DNA of 64,000 bases from Octopus vulgaris (GCA_951406725.2 OX597815.1:70804001-70868000), one strand, 5' to 3'. Shown: positions 38,920-56,500, counted from the stretch's first letter. Made by a program: numbers and translations. The notes: generated by a model from the sequence alone, not told the origin.

Positions 38920-39315
38920 TAAGTGCAATCATGGCTGTGTGGTTAAGAAGTTCGATTTGAAACCGCATGACTTCGGGTTCAGTCTGTCTCTGCGGCACTG
39001 TGGTCAAGTGTTTTCAGCTATGTCCTCAGACCGACTAATGCCTTGTGAGTGAATTTGGTTGACGGAAACTGTGTGGAAGCCCGTCGTATATATATGTGTG
39101 TGTCTGTGTCTGTGTTTGTCCCTCAACACCGCTTGACAGTCTGTGTTAGGTTGCTCAAGTCTCTATAACTTAGAGGTTTGACCAAAGAGACTGATAGAAT
39201 AAATACCAAACTTTAAAATAACTACTTGGTCGATTTGTTCGACTAAATCGCTTCAAAGCAGTACCTAAGCATGACTGCAGGCCAATGATTGAAACAAGCA
39301 AAAGATAAAAGAAAG
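38920..39315 (+). mobile_element. Full-length SINE family C
   Basis: ATGGCTGTGTGGTTAAGAAG A-box head, GGTTCAGTC, internal TA/TG tract, AAAAGATAAAAG tail. Confidence 0.85.
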
Positions 39316-39629
39316 ATATAAGGTGTTTCAACAATATCAGTGTAGTACAGAAGCAGAAGATGATGTAAGAACAAGAAAACAAAGGAAAAAATCATTATAG
39401 ATATGGAAATTATTTGCAAAAAAATCTGCATGATGAATATTAATCAGTAGAAACTGAAACATTTACTCAAGAATAAACTAAAAAGAAAACAACTCATTTT
39501 AAATGTCAGAATGAAACTGTGGCTCATGAAATTCCCAAAGCAACTGCACATGAAGGTGAATGGATCATATGTCTTAAAATCAGGATATGAGAAAAGAACC
39601 CATTAATAATACACGGTAAGGTCTTGAGT

Positions 39630-39880
39630 TTTTGAAATTTTATACGAAGATGATATGGTTCTTCAGAAGGTGACCTCCTGCACGCAATGAATGGGTTCGC
39701 TGCCAAGTGCTGCAAAGTAGAGCGGAGAATTAGTGTTGTGAAGACGAAGACATTGGCTCTCTGAAGAAAATCTTCTCAATGCATTCTATATATATTAGTG
39801 GAACATTGTGAAGCCAAATGGAGAAGTTAAAGTATCTCGGGGCGGTATTCAAAAGGCTGAAGTGGATGCTAGAATTGTAG
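39630..39880 (+). pseudogene. RTE/Expander-like RT fragment
   Basis: DDMVL..GDLLHAMNGFAAKC..RISVVKTKTLAL..QMEKLKYLGAVF. Confidence 0.65.
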
Positions 39881-40314
39881 GAGGGTTGGTAAGTAGGGGA
39901 GGTTGGTAAAAGGCCAAACTTACTATCTTCAGTTCGGCTTTTGTACTCATCCTTACTTCATTGACACTCTTCACCTACCCATCTCTATCAGAAATGTTTT
40001 CATAGTGATTCCCTTGTTTAAAGATACCAGATTGATTCTGACAATCGCTTGGAAAAGTATTGGGAGAAAAGGGAATATATCTTTTCAATGTTTTCTACAT
40101 TTCTTCATATTTTCCATTCATCCTTTTTCGCTGCCCACTATCCCTGGGAGGGTCCTCAAGCACCCCCAAGTAGGGTCTTAATAGAGTCCTAAAACACCCC
40201 CTAATAAGGTCTTATCTGAAGCAACTGTCATTGCATTCCCAAGCGTGATCAGCTGCGGCAATGGATATTTGCGATCGTACTCTTTCGGTCATTACCAAAT
40301 ATTCAAGCTATGCT

Positions 40315-40690
40315 TATCTTTCACTTTTTACTGGTTTCAGTTATTGGACAGCGACCATGCTGAGGCAACGCCTTGAAAGGTTTTCTTCTAACAAATCGAT
40401 CCCAGTAATTATTTATTTTAATGTCTGATACTTATTTTATTGTCTCTTTTGATGAACAGCTAAGTCATGGGGACGTAAACACACCAGCACAGGTTGCCAA
40501 GCGGGGATGGGGAGAAAGCACACACACACACACACACACGACAGACTTCTTTCAGTTTCCGTCTACCAAATCCACTCACAAGGTTTTGGTCAACCCGAAG
40601 CTATAGTAGAAGACATTTGCTCAAGGTGCCACGCAGTGAGACTGAAGCCGGAACCATGTGGTTCGGAAACAAGCTTCTTACCACACAAGA
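40315..40690 (-). mobile_element. SINE family C
   Basis: Reverse complement of the family at 38920-39315. Confidence 0.8.
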
Positions 40691-40939
40691 ATTTAGTTAA
40701 TGCTTCAGTATTGTCACCAGACAATGGATGAGTTACTACAAAAGTAAAATGGAGAATATGAACGTTTACTGTTTTTGTACTTGGTTTGCAAAATTCTTGA
40801 TGGGAAACCGTGTGTTGAAACATATTTTCTTGTGTCTCGGGGGGTTTGATCATGTCAATAATGAACACACACACTGTTTCTATTTCATTTCTTTATTATT
40901 CGTTAATTAGTTAACGGAATTAATATTTTACCCACCTCC

Positions 40940-43620
<2,681 letters not shown>

Positions 43621-43877
43621 ATTTTTGGAAAATATAAGCCCAGTTAGCTATTATATGCTTTTTGGTTATATCTAAATAGATAAAGTTACGTTGTTTTTGG
43701 TTTTAATAATTAGCGAGTTGGGTTGCTAAAACAACCTCGGCTTGTGTATATTATCTTTCTCTCGTCGGTTGTGTGTGTGTGTGTATGTGTGTGTATGTGT
43801 GTGTATGTGTGTGTATATGTGTGTATGTATGTGTATGTGTGTGTAAGTATAAGTGTATCTATATCTCTCTCTATCTC

Positions 43878-43949
<72 letters not shown>

Positions 43950-44324
43950 GCTAGCTAGCTAGCTAGCTATATATATATGCGTGCACAAAATTAGCATCGA
44001 ATGAACATGCCAGTATACATAATCACACATACACACACGCACACACACACGTACACACACGCACACACACATATTTACATACATGATGTATATGTAAATG
44101 ATAAGCAAAGTTCACCCTTTCAGGTTATTCTAGTCGCCTCGGGCATGCTAGAAACAACAAGTAAAGGACAGGATTTCTTGGAGAACTTTTAAAATATATA
44201 TCGAAGATGAGGTTTTTAAATACACTCATCACTTAACACAAATTACAGAATATAAAAAGGCAATTTCAATTGGATTTGAGCTGTAATTTTGAGCGTGCAC
44301 ATAGCAAGCGATAACATAATTAAT

Positions 44325-44339
44325 ATAGCAGTTTTACCT

Positions 44340-44411
<72 letters not shown>

Positions 44412-44417
44412 TTTGTG

Positions 44418-44452
<35 letters not shown>

Positions 44453-44739
44453 GAAGTTATTTTATGGCATTCTTTCGTTCGAAGCAGGAAAGTTGTCAAC
44501 TCGATCATATGGTCGTCGATCATATGATTGTTCATTAGTTTCCGTAAAATATTTTTTATTTCTTTATGCTTTGAAGAGAGCAGAAACAGAACGAGAGGAG
44601 AAAGTGAAAAAGCAACATTTGCTTTGAAGTGAGAGCAGAAAGTGAAAAAGAGGAGAAAATGAAAGAGGTATGTACGTGTATATGAATGGAAGTGTGTGCA
44701 TGTGTACGTGTGTGTGTATGTGTGTGCGCGTGTGTGTGT

Positions 44740-44794
<55 letters not shown>

Positions 44795-45596
44795 TGTCAG
44801 GTATGTATTTTTTGCATGTATGTGTAAGTGGCACTCATTCGCTCTCTCTCTCTCTCTCTCTCTCACACATATCTTTCTTATACACGTATATAAATATGTA
44901 TACACCTTTTTTGCATGTATGTGTGCGCGTGCATGTGAGAGAGAAAGTGAATGACTGTATTTCCTCAAAACATATAGAGAAATGGATGTCTTTTAAAGTA
45001 CACATTCATACAAAATGTGACGTCGCCGGCGTGATATAATATGTCATTTAGGATAGTTGAATTATAGAAAGATTACAGTGTTAAATTTTTGTAATGCAAA
45101 TATTTAAATGAAAATAGAGTTTAATTGTTAGCCGAAAGATTACTGAATCTTTTGATACCCATACGTCAAAATCGACAACTCAGTTTTTGAATATATTCGT
45201 TAATTTACGTATTTAAAAAAAAAATGTATGCTTTGAAGAGAGCAGAATTTGAAGGAGACGAGAAAGTGAAACCGCGACATTTGCTTTGAAGTGAGTGCAG
45301 AAAGTGGGAGAGAAGACAAAATGCAAGCTCTATGTACATGTATATGAAATGGAAGTGTGTGTGTTTGTGCGTGTTTGTGTATGTGTGTGTGAGTGTCTGT
45401 GTGTGCGCTTGAGTGTGTGCGTGAGAGAGGAGAGAGAGTGGGTGAATGAAGGTGTGTGTTGTCATGTATGTGTAAGTGGCACTCACTCTGTTTCTCCCTG
45501 TCTCACACAGACACATCTTTCATATACACATACATAAATATATATGCACACATAATTTTTGTATATATGTATGCATGCGCGTGCGCATGTGTGTGC

Positions 45597-45645
<49 letters not shown>

Positions 45646-46305
45646 TGAGTGATTGTAGTTCCTCATAACATATAGAGAAATAGATGTCTTTTAAGGTACA
45701 CACTCATATAGAAAATGTGACGACGTCGTGGTATAAAATGTTTACGATAGTTGATTTCTAGAAAAAAATTATAATGTAAATTCTTTATAATGCAAATATG
45801 TAAATGAAAAAGTTTATTTGGTAGTCGTAAGATTACTGAATCTTTTGATACCCCATACGTCAAAATCGACAACTCAGCTTTCGAATGGATAAGGAATATA
45901 CAAGTGTGCGCACGTGCACACACACACACACGCACACACACAAACTCTCTTTTATATATATATATATGGAAGTGTCCCTGTCCGTCGTACTCTCTGTCAG
46001 TTTCTCACATTCCCTGTGTGTCTATCTCTTTCTGTCTCCTCGCCTTCCCTGATATCAGTCACCATCATTATGCCACTTATCCCTTAACCTAACCCTTTTT
46101 CACCCCTCTCATTTTGCCATGTGATAGCGCAACCCCGTGGTCGGCTCATTATCGATTTTTATTGAAATCCAGTTAGCCTATAATTTAACTGGATGTTAGT
46201 TTAACATGCATACAAAGTTTGGTGAAGATTGGTTCCCTGGTTTGGGCAGCAAGATAGTAACAGACAGACAGAAAGACAAACAGAGATTGCCATTTATATA
46301 TCAGA
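44325..46305 (-). mobile_element. Probable non-autonomous Helitron with an internal ~660-bp tandem duplication
   Basis: Minus-strand 5' end A|TCTGATATATAAATGG..(CTGT)n..AACCAATCTTCACCAAACTTTG; 44565-45192 duplicated at 45226-45886; 3' end uncertain. Confidence 0.55.
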
Positions 46306-46322
46306 TATATACAGTATATACA

Positions 46323-46383
<61 letters not shown>

Positions 46384-47165
46384 TGCATGTATGTCTTTGC
46401 TTTTGATCCCAATGCCACTTGACAACCGTTGCTGATTTGTTTACGCCCTTGTAATTTTGTGGTCGGGTAAAAAATAGGATAAATACTGGGGTCGATTTGT
46501 TCGAGTAAAACTCTTCCAATCGGTGCCCCGGTATGGCTACTGTCAAATGACTGAAACAAGTAAAAGATATGATAACTATTAAACAAAATGCCTACCTTGC
46601 AGTGTACACCTTCCATCACGCTCGATTTACAAATGTCTAGATCGAAAATAGTATTCGATGACTCAGATTCGTGCTCCGGCTTCAAGCCCATAGACAAACC
46701 TTTATACATTTATCACACTAATGAAATTTGGAGAGAAGCAGGAAAGCCACAGTTTCTTCTTTCTTTTCGTTCCACCTTAACAATTAAACTATACATAGTC
46801 ACCTCTCTCTTTCTATCTGTTGCTCTTCTATATTTTTGTTCTCTTCTTTTCATCGTTCGGTCTTAGCAAAATAATATCTTTTCTTCTGTAGCTAGCACAG
46901 ACATTATATATGAGTGCACAAGTAAACAGACAGACACACACACGCGCGCACACATATATGTACACACGTGCATATGTACCTACATGCATACACACACGCA
47001 CACGCGCATATATATATAAACAAGCAGACAGCGACATAAAACACTGGCATTTTAATACCGAGTGAAAAAGTTATACTTTCATTGGGAACACAGGTGTCCA
47101 TTATGTGTATATACATTTACTCAGGTGTATATTACATATATGTATATAATGTGTATGTGTGTATT

Positions 47166-47240
<75 letters not shown>

Positions 47241-47322
47241 TATACATATATACGAATATATAATATATATATTATATGTATTATAATATATATGTATATT
47301 ATATATATATATAAATTATATC

Positions 47323-47370
<48 letters not shown>

Positions 47371-47559
47371 TATGTATATGTGCCCACACGCACACCTATG
47401 ATGTAAACGCGTTAGTATCTGTATATGTACATTATTTATATATGTACTCGCAATCACTGACTGACATATATATACATACATGCGTGCAGTACATACACGA
47501 ACTCGTATTGTTTGGGGGCTCATTTCCCTTATTACTTCCCCTTTTCCTTCCTTTCCTAT

Positions 47560-47991
47560 CTCACCTTTTTCCCTTTTCTGTCCACTCCCCCTTCTTCCCT
47601 TCCTTCAATCCTTCCTTCCTTTCTTCCTTCCTTTCTTCCTTCCTTCCTTCCTTCCTTCCTTCCTTCCTTCCTTCCTTCCTTCCTGTGGAGGTTTTTATCA
47701 AAATGTCAGCGAAACCAGTGAACACGGTGTCATTGTAACATTCAATCGCAGAACTGGTGTCGCTGCCGAGGCAAAAACTGTTGCGAAATGTCTTTTGATT
47801 ATCCAATAATAAATTTAACAATAGCAACAGCAGCAGCAGCAGCGGCCACACGTATCACAATAACAACTACCACTGTAGTTACAACAACAACTACAACTCC
47901 AATAGCATCTACAGTAACAACAGTAGCAACAATAACAGCAGCAAGAACAACAACAAGAATTCAAAACCGACGACAACAATAACAAATGACA

Positions 47992-48067
<76 letters not shown>

Positions 48068-48626
48068 ATAATAATAATAATAACAATGTTGCATTTTGCT
48101 GTGATTGGTCGTAAACTTGTCTTGGACACAATTCCGAATTTTCTGCTTTAAGCCAGCACTAGCACGAAGACGACGACGACGACGATCCCCCCCACCACCA
48201 TTATCGTTGTCGTCATCATTATCATCGTCGTGGTTGTCATCATCATCGTCACCCTTATATTCAAAAATATATATATTTAAATTCTTCTTCTTCTTCTTCT
48301 TCTTTTTCTTCTTCTTCTTCTTCTTTTCCTTCTTCTCTCCTTCTCCTCCTCCTCCTCTCCTATACTCTTTCTTATCGTACTCCTCTCTCTCTACCTCCTC
48401 TTCCTATTGTCAAATCACTCCCACGTTCCTTCTTTTATGGGAAAGAACCTGCAAATGTTTTCGCCAATTGCAGCAGCAGTTTCCAGACCTATATGTAATA
48501 TATAGTTGTATGTGGTTGTTGCAGGTGGCGTTGTAGTTGTCGTCGTCCTCCTTTATTTATCCATAAGAAATTGCGCCTGCTGCTCTCGGACGACGATACT
48601 AATGTTAAAAGTGTTGTTGTTGTTGT

Positions 48627-48659
<33 letters not shown>

Positions 48660-48780
48660 CAATGGTGGTGATGGTGGTGGTAATAGTGTGTTTGATGATG
48701 ATGACTATGACAAAGAATAAGAAGAAGGAAAAGAGAATACAGTGTATAATGGAAGAAGGAGATGATAGGTTTGAATAAAT
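47560..48780. repeat. Cluster of simple repeats (CCTT, ACA, CTA, CTT, GAT) with short unique islands
   Basis: Directly visible. Confidence 0.85.
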
Positions 48781-48832
48781 ATGTCTCTTCCGTGAAGAGA
48801 GTTGTAGAGAGGGTAAATAATAACGGAAGGTG

Positions 48833-48871
<39 letters not shown>

Positions 48872-48875
<4 letters not shown>

Positions 48876-49123
48876 TGTTACATTACTCAGTCAAGATAAA
48901 ACTCTGAGTTTCAGATGCCGAAGTGGAAATCACAACACCATCTTTCGGTTATCTGGCTATTTTAAAATAGCCAGATAACCGAAGAGATGTTTGTGATTTC
49001 ACTCGCATCTGAAACTCAGAGTTTTATCTGACTACGAGTAATGTAACATATTGTATAGATAAATTTCCTCTATTTACATAATATTGAGGTCTCTTTCTTT
49101 CTTTTGTTATCTTACCGTTTTAT

Positions 49124-49125
<2 letters not shown>
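48872..49125. repeat. Fold-back (48872-49052) with a degenerate hammerhead in each arm, plus extension
   Basis: AGATAA-CCGAAGA-GATG..CATC-T-GAAAC-TCAGA-GTT-TTATCT at 48973-49029; (TA)n on both sides. Confidence 0.75.
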
Positions 49126-49166
<41 letters not shown>

Positions 49167-49171
49167 CATAC

Positions 49172-49302
<131 letters not shown>

Positions 49303-49439
49303 AATATTGACGATCCGTGTTGGCTTGTTTGCGTCCCCGTAACTTGGCGATTCGGCAAAAATACCGATTGAATAAGTACTGGTGTCGAGTTGTTCGACAA
49401 AGCACTTCAGTATGGCCGCAATCCAATGACTAAAAGAAG

Positions 49440-49500
<61 letters not shown>

Positions 49501-49935
49501 CATACATTTATATTTATATATATAAACACGCGTATACATGCGTAAAGACACACGCATACACATATATATACTTACATACATACCATACATACACACCATA
49601 TATGCATACATACATAACCATTGTTTACCTAATTGCTTCCTTTGATATATATACTTTTTCCCGTTCTCCCCATAACTCGTCGGAGTAGAGACGTTATTTT
49701 TACTTGCTATTGTACTTGTCTTATTTATTTTTTCCTGTCCTTGTTCATTTATCATGTTCGACCACTTTATGTTGTCGTCACCATCAAATTGAACAAATAT
49801 CGGAAGGTGTCAAAATTGTGATGGCTTTTGTCCAACTACAGATGAAGGAATGAACGTGTTCGGGTCCATTATCTGTGTGCTTTATTCCTATTTTTCCGTA
49901 TGCGCCTTTTTCGTGACCCTGTACCAAAATTACCC

Positions 49936-50024
<89 letters not shown>

Positions 50025-50824
50025 CCTACCTACCTATCATACCGACAAAGGTTCTAAAATGCGTTAAATTTGTATGTACACATATTTTTTGTTTTATTAA
50101 AACAAATTTAACTTTTTAACATAATGCGTAATTGGTTTTATTCAATGTATTTGTACATAGGAAAATAAAAGTGTAAACATACGTTTTCATGTAAATGTCT
50201 TCGTATTATAAGTTCAACTGAAAATATATCGGTGTACATATTCATAAGGTAAATTTGATATATATATAAAATAAGTAAACAGCAGAGAAGGAAAAAGAGG
50301 ATCACATATTTCGAGTCTTTTGTATAGAAAAAAGGTTTTTTTACACTTTTGAGTGTGTTACGGCCAAAAGATGATTTGTAGTAGAAAAAGACATTTAACT
50401 GACCAGGATCCGTTTTATGCTGACCTTCATTTTAATAAAGTTTTGGGTAATTTTTCCATATGTAAACCATGTTTGGGTTAAATGAGTTAAGCAGGCTTAT
50501 ATATATCTTTTAGTCAAGAGTGAGTTGTAGTACTCATTACAGGATCCACTCGATTCGAAACCGCTAACACAGATGGAAAGGGAGGAAGTAAGGAATTCTC
50601 AAACCAGAAATCTGCCCCCAATGCTTACAATAGATTTGTCTCTTCCAAAGACATCTAAGGTGCAAGGTGGTGGTGACAAAATGGGCGACGGATCAAGTGT
50701 ACTACCCAAGTAGGCCATGGCGGGATTTAAACTCAAAACACATAGGGCTGGAATATAATAGCACCAGATATCCGGTTCGATGATCTTACTATTCCACCAT
50801 TCCACTATCTTGCATGAGTACTTT

Positions 50825-50899
<75 letters not shown>

Positions 50900-50996
50900 A
50901 ATGTATATATATATATATATATGTATGTATATACATAATAGTTATATATACACTCACACAGATACATGTATACATACACACGTATATATTTGTATG

Positions 50997-51038
<42 letters not shown>

Positions 51039-51049
51039 CGTCTATATGT

Positions 51050-51860
51050 CTGATAGAACCGCCACTACTGTTAGTGGTGGCTCTCTCAGACATTCTCTCA
51101 GCTATACAGTCAGCCACTCTCACCAGCTATGATGATGATAGAAAAATATCGCAGGCAGTCAAGGACCCTGATGATTCTCTAAAACTGCGGAAAGGCCTGA
51201 ATGCAATGTACAAGTAGGTTGATGAAAATAACATGCAGTTCAATGCTGAGAAGTTGCAAACACTTCACAAACGGACTACAATAGGAATGCACAGGATCAG
51301 GGTAGTGTAATCTCTGAGTCAGAGTCAGTGTGTGACTTGGGAATCCACGTAAGTAATAATGTAACATTTCATGTACATACTACCAAGATGGCAACACTGT
51401 TCAGGAAACTGGCAGTTTGAACTCCGAGACTAGGAAAAAGAATACCCTGCTACTCCTATGGAGAACATTCGTTCTCAGTCGGCTAGATTACTGCTCTCAA
51501 CTGTGGTCGTTGCAAAGCGTCAAACTAACAGCGGAACTCGAGGCAATCCATCGCCACCACATAAAGCAGATTGACCCGGTGCAACAGATAAATTACCAGG
51601 AGATGCTAAAGGAACTAGAGAGAAGATTTGAAAGATATGCAGTGATATACACACAGAAGATCCTGGAAAGTCTAACTCCCAACTTTGGAATTGAAGGGTA
51701 TCCCAACCACCGAAATGGACCACACTGAATAGTGCCAACAGTGCCAATATTATCTATCTAGAATAAGACCCCGGTCCTGAAACAGCTTAGGTTTCAAGTG
51801 CCCGTAACTTTTTGATATTCTACTAAACATCTTCAGATCTACGAGTTGTAGATGTGAAAG
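51050..51860 (+). pseudogene. CR1-group LINE RT / C-terminal fragment
   Basis: [30 protein letters not shown]; LWRTFVLSRLDYCSQLWS; ERRFERYAVIY. Confidence 0.85.
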
Positions 51861-51879
51861 TTTAAAAAAAATTTTGAAC

Positions 51880-52560
51880 AAGTTTTCATCTGACGTCAGC
51901 ATGATTTTTTTTAGTGAATGTGAAAGATATTTTGTAATGCTTTTTACCTTGTTGCAAGGCAAACCAGACTTTCTAAGCAGTTTTTAAAACTCCTTGGATA
52001 TAAATTGCTTGATACAAATCTTGGCCAGTTATAGTTTCTTTCAATGGTTCAACTGACAGCAGCTCTTCAGTAATTGTAAAATTATCATCAGTTACTCTAA
52101 AGTAGATGTGCTGTCTCTTACATGTCAAAGTTCTCATCTTGCGCCAGTGCATATCGCACAAATGACTTGTCAGCCTCGAGTAGATGTTCTGAAAGACTTA
52201 ACGAAATCGTATCAATACGCCGAACTACAGTTATCCTCATGATGCAGCATCAGTTTCTGCTTTCACTCCTAGGTAGACAATATCAACATCATTAACCATT
52301 GAGTCATTCAAAACTTTTGCTGCACAAAACGGTTTGTAATATTTGGCAATTTTACAAACAGGCGCAAAACTGACTTTTGTGACAGCTTCTTATATGGTTG
52401 CCTGTTTCTCAAAAACGTTTGTCGTTGTTTTAAACTTTTCAAAATGTCATTGACTTTTCCCTTTCTGATAAATCACTTCCAAAGTTCTTTCAAAGTGTTT
52501 AGTCTGAAAATTCGTTATGTGCAACAAAAGCAGTATTAGATTAAATTAACAATCTGTGTA
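51880..52560 (-). pseudogene. hAT-Charlie (GTF2IRD2/SPIN-like) transposase remnant
   Basis: IYFRVTDDNFTITEELLSVEPLKETITGQDLYQAI. Confidence 0.65.
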
Positions 52561-54649
52561 TCTTACTTAATGCAAAACATCACGGAAAGCCATATTAACC
52601 GCGATATTCTTCCAGAGATGATATCTCTTATGGATGAATTGTGTTAAATTACACAAAAATATATATGAAATGTTTCTTCAATAATTATACTCCTTAAAAT
52701 AGCAACACTGTGTTGGTGTATTAGGCACGCTGCTTGTTAACATAAACTGTTTATCATGTGTCGTCTAATCTTCCATAACTAAATCTGGACAATTATTTCC
52801 AAACCCCAAAAAGTCATGTTGCTTTAACTTCTATCAGACATCATCAATATTTTTATTGATTGAAACATTATGCTACCATTTTATACAATTCGTCAGTGGC
52901 TTAAAGTTAATCACTAGTCACTGTAATGAACTAATTTAAAGTTATTCTAATATAATAAGTCTTGAAAGCGGAAATAACTCTGAGCTGCCATAGAGTGTAG
53001 TAATGAAATTGTGTTTGGTGGAATGAGAGCGACTTCAACAAATGCACATGTTTGGAGAAAATCGAAATTTAAAGGATGGCCAACAGAGTTGCCCAAAAGC
53101 AGAAGTGACTTAGGTCCGAAACAATTCTCTCAGAAACGTTTGGTAACAGAAGAGAAATGTTTAACGAACCGTCCAGTAAACAGATCCTATGTAAACACAA
53201 ACTTTTCCCTTAGATTTGTACATAACAGGGAGATTAGATTTAGAGACGTCTTTCATTACTCTTGGAGTATTAAGAAAGGTAAACAAGTAACGACTTAAGT
53301 TCCCTGTCAGATATTTAACGTGATATTATTAATATTCTATTTGTGCGATGCAATTGCAAAGCAATAGTTTTTACACTATTTGTATATACTTCAGACTAGC
53401 GATTTCGAATTTGTTTCGGAAGTGAGGCGAGTGCGCGGCGTTGATAATCTGCAAAAACAGTGAAATACTATATCTGCCGCTCTTCCCTTCCGACGTGATT
53501 TTGTTTCGCCTTGCTCTGAGCTATACTGTGTTTTTAACTTTATTCGTCTTTAAAGGGATCTTTCCCGGACGAAATACCACAGTTCTCGGCATTTAAACAA
53601 CATAAGTTAAGTATGTGATATAGAGATGCTTCAATTGCATGATTTGAATTTATTCTTTGAATAGAATATATTTTAAAAAAGAATTTAAGGAAAGAAAATA
53701 AAAAAATGATTTTTCTCATGAAATTTAAAAAAACAAAAAAAAAAACAACGAGCAAAAAAAACCCCAATTTTTTCTCAAATGAAAAGAATATAAATGTTTC
53801 CCAAACATTAACGATATTGTGCTACACATTTCAATAGTTTTTCAAAAGAGATCACAATTTTATAATCAGCAACTGTAGGGCTACTAATCCTAAGTTCCAC
53901 TATACAAAACTTGGCTGTAGTCATCTCTTCCTTTGGTAATATAAAAACAAAATTAAACTCCTAAGAGGAAGGGTTTTTCCTTCCATCCATGCGCTTTTTC
54001 TCAAGGATGCAACGATAGACTAGATTTGCTACGACAACAAATAGTTGCGACTTCCTGTTTGTGGGCGATCGGTTAAAATCACTTAAGTTTAATTGCTTCT
54101 TTACTATAGAAAGCATGTAAAACTGCTTCAGCATTAGATGTTTTTAAAAATGGTCAGGTGGAAATTTTAAACTGTGGTTGGAAGAAATTTAACAAAATCC
54201 CAAAGTTACGTATACAGAAAATACAGAGAATGAGCTTTTGGTATTTACGTACGTACGTACGTATGTATGTATGTAAGTATGTATGTATGTATGTATGTAT
54301 GTATGTATGTATGTATGTATGTATGTATGTATGTATGTATGTATGTATGTATGTATGTATGTATGTATGTATGTATGTATGTATGTGAGTGTGTGTGTGT
54401 GTGTATGTACGTATTCATGTATTTATGTATGTATGTATGTCTATATGTGTGTTTGTTTTCCCGTTTGTCAGAACGCCTCTCTTTACATGTGTATCACTCC
54501 TTGTCACTTCTTCCTACTCTGGTTTGTAATCTGACTGCATCCCTTTCTGTGTGTTTGTCTGTCTGCTTATTTGTTTACCCGTTTGTCAGTCAGTTCACTT
54601 CTCTTTAACGTGTGTATGTCTCTTTCTCTTCTGGCTTGTTATCTGTTTG

Positions 54650-54690
<41 letters not shown>

Positions 54691-55699
54691 TTTACAAACA
54701 ACATTTTTATGCCTCTCTCCTCCCCTTTAAACTATGTCATATCACCGTCGCATGCTTGCGCCTCCATATTGATCTGTCTCGTAATCTGTCTCGTAATCTT
54801 GTCTGCAGTTCGCACCGACACTATCTTGCCTGTCTGCATGCATAAAAGAATGTCTCTCCTCTCTCCTCTCATCTCTCCCTCCCTATATCTGCATGTGTAA
54901 CCCGTCCCCACTAGTCTGTCTCACTTACTCTCTTTGTTTCTTTCTCTCCCATAAACCTTACATTATAAGCGTTAGTGTCACTTTTACTTTTGTGTTCTTC
55001 ATATTTCAACCTTTTTCCTCGGCTATTTTAGGAATGTCAAGATATTCTTCTATACAGAAGGAATAATTCGCACCCATACGCACCACATACGCACCCACAC
55101 ACATTCATACACAGTCATACGCACTCGCACTAACCCGTACACGCTTGCATATAACTACACACATATGCAAGACCTATACACAAGAACCAACGAGGAGGCT
55201 TCTATACTCGACCTGCTAGAAAGAGCAACAAAATCTACCTCAAATCACACCTTAAGGGAAGAATACATTGAAGCATTTGGTCCCTGAGACGCAAAAATAT
55301 TTCATAGGTCTTCTCGGTCAGTGTTAATTACATCAGTAACAACAGCAGCAATAACAAAAACAACAACAGCAACAGCAGCAGTAACAGCAGCAACAACAAC
55401 AACAACATCATTAACGACAATAGCGGAAACAATTCACAATCATAAACCCACATATAGACGTATATGTCCGACTAAAAAAATATAGTGGTCAAAGTTCGAA
55501 TGCCTTTGGTTATAGGTCTACTTAGTCAAGGCTGATCGGGGTTAAACAACAGCATCATCCTCATCAGCATGACCATCAGCAGCAGCAACAACAGCAAGCA
55601 GCAACACAACGCAACAACAAAAACTGCTCATACTTATACATGTTATGCTTAATACACTACCACACGCAACTATACATAGTTATAAAAGATCTTACATAG

Positions 55700-55845
55700 C
55701 ACCATTCACAAGCATTCACAAGCATCCGCGAGTATTCACTACCATTCACAAGCATTCATTGTAATTTACAAAGGTTCTCAAACATTCACTATCATTCACA
55801 AGCGTTCACAAGCATTCGCTACCATTCACAAATATTCACACCTAT
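55700..55845. repeat. Minisatellite with 10-11-bp unit (CATTCACAAG)
   Basis: About a dozen degenerate copies visible. Confidence 0.8.
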
Positions 55846-55964
55846 ACATAACGCTATATAGTCGTAATTATTTTTTCATACTACTTTGTCAATATTTCTC
55901 TTCTTTACATATATGTGTCCAACCACTCAGGTTCCGCACTAATGGCCATACTCTATTTTCCTTT

Positions 55965-56500
55965 TGTAAAGGTGTGTGGCAAGGTAGTTAAAGTGTTATA
56001 TTCACGAACGCATTGTCGTGGTTTCGATTCTCGGATCGGGTAATGCGTTGTGTTTTTGAGCAAACCATTTCATTTCACATTGCTTTGCAATCACTTCTAC
56101 GTCTGACGTATGGCACACCGTGCACCTGTACAGGCAATGTCGATTTGATGTAAGGAGTGAGCTAATGTACAGCACATACATTTGATCAATGTTTGGCGGG
56201 AAAAAAGGCGGCGAGATAGCAGAAACGTTAGCACACCGGACGAAATGCTTAGCGGTATTTCGTCTGCCGTTACGTTCTGAGTTCAAATTCCGCCGAGGTC
56301 GACTTTGCCTTTCATCCTTTCGGGGTCGATAAATTAAGTACCAGTTACGCACTGGGGTCGATATAATCGACTTAATCCCCTTGTCTGTCCTTGTTTGTCC
56401 CCTCTGTGTTTAGCCCGTTGTGGGCAGTAAAGAAATAACAAACATTTGATCAATGTAAACCAATCTTTTGCGCAGGCTGTTCAGCAAGAAATTGCGAAAA
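55965..56500 (+). mobile_element. tRNA-derived SINE interrupted by a family B SINE (56193-56441)
   Basis: Host B box GTTTCGATTCT; 15-bp TSD ACATTTGATCAATGT at 56178-56192 and 56442-56456. Confidence 0.85.

Noticed and set aside
53410-54075. Possible promoter (ETS-like CGGAAGT and ACTTCCTG, small CpG patches)
   Set aside because: Short motifs only; no adjacent exon identified
55700-55845. CRISPR-like array
   Set aside because: 10-11-bp tandem minisatellite without unique spacers, in eukaryotic DNA
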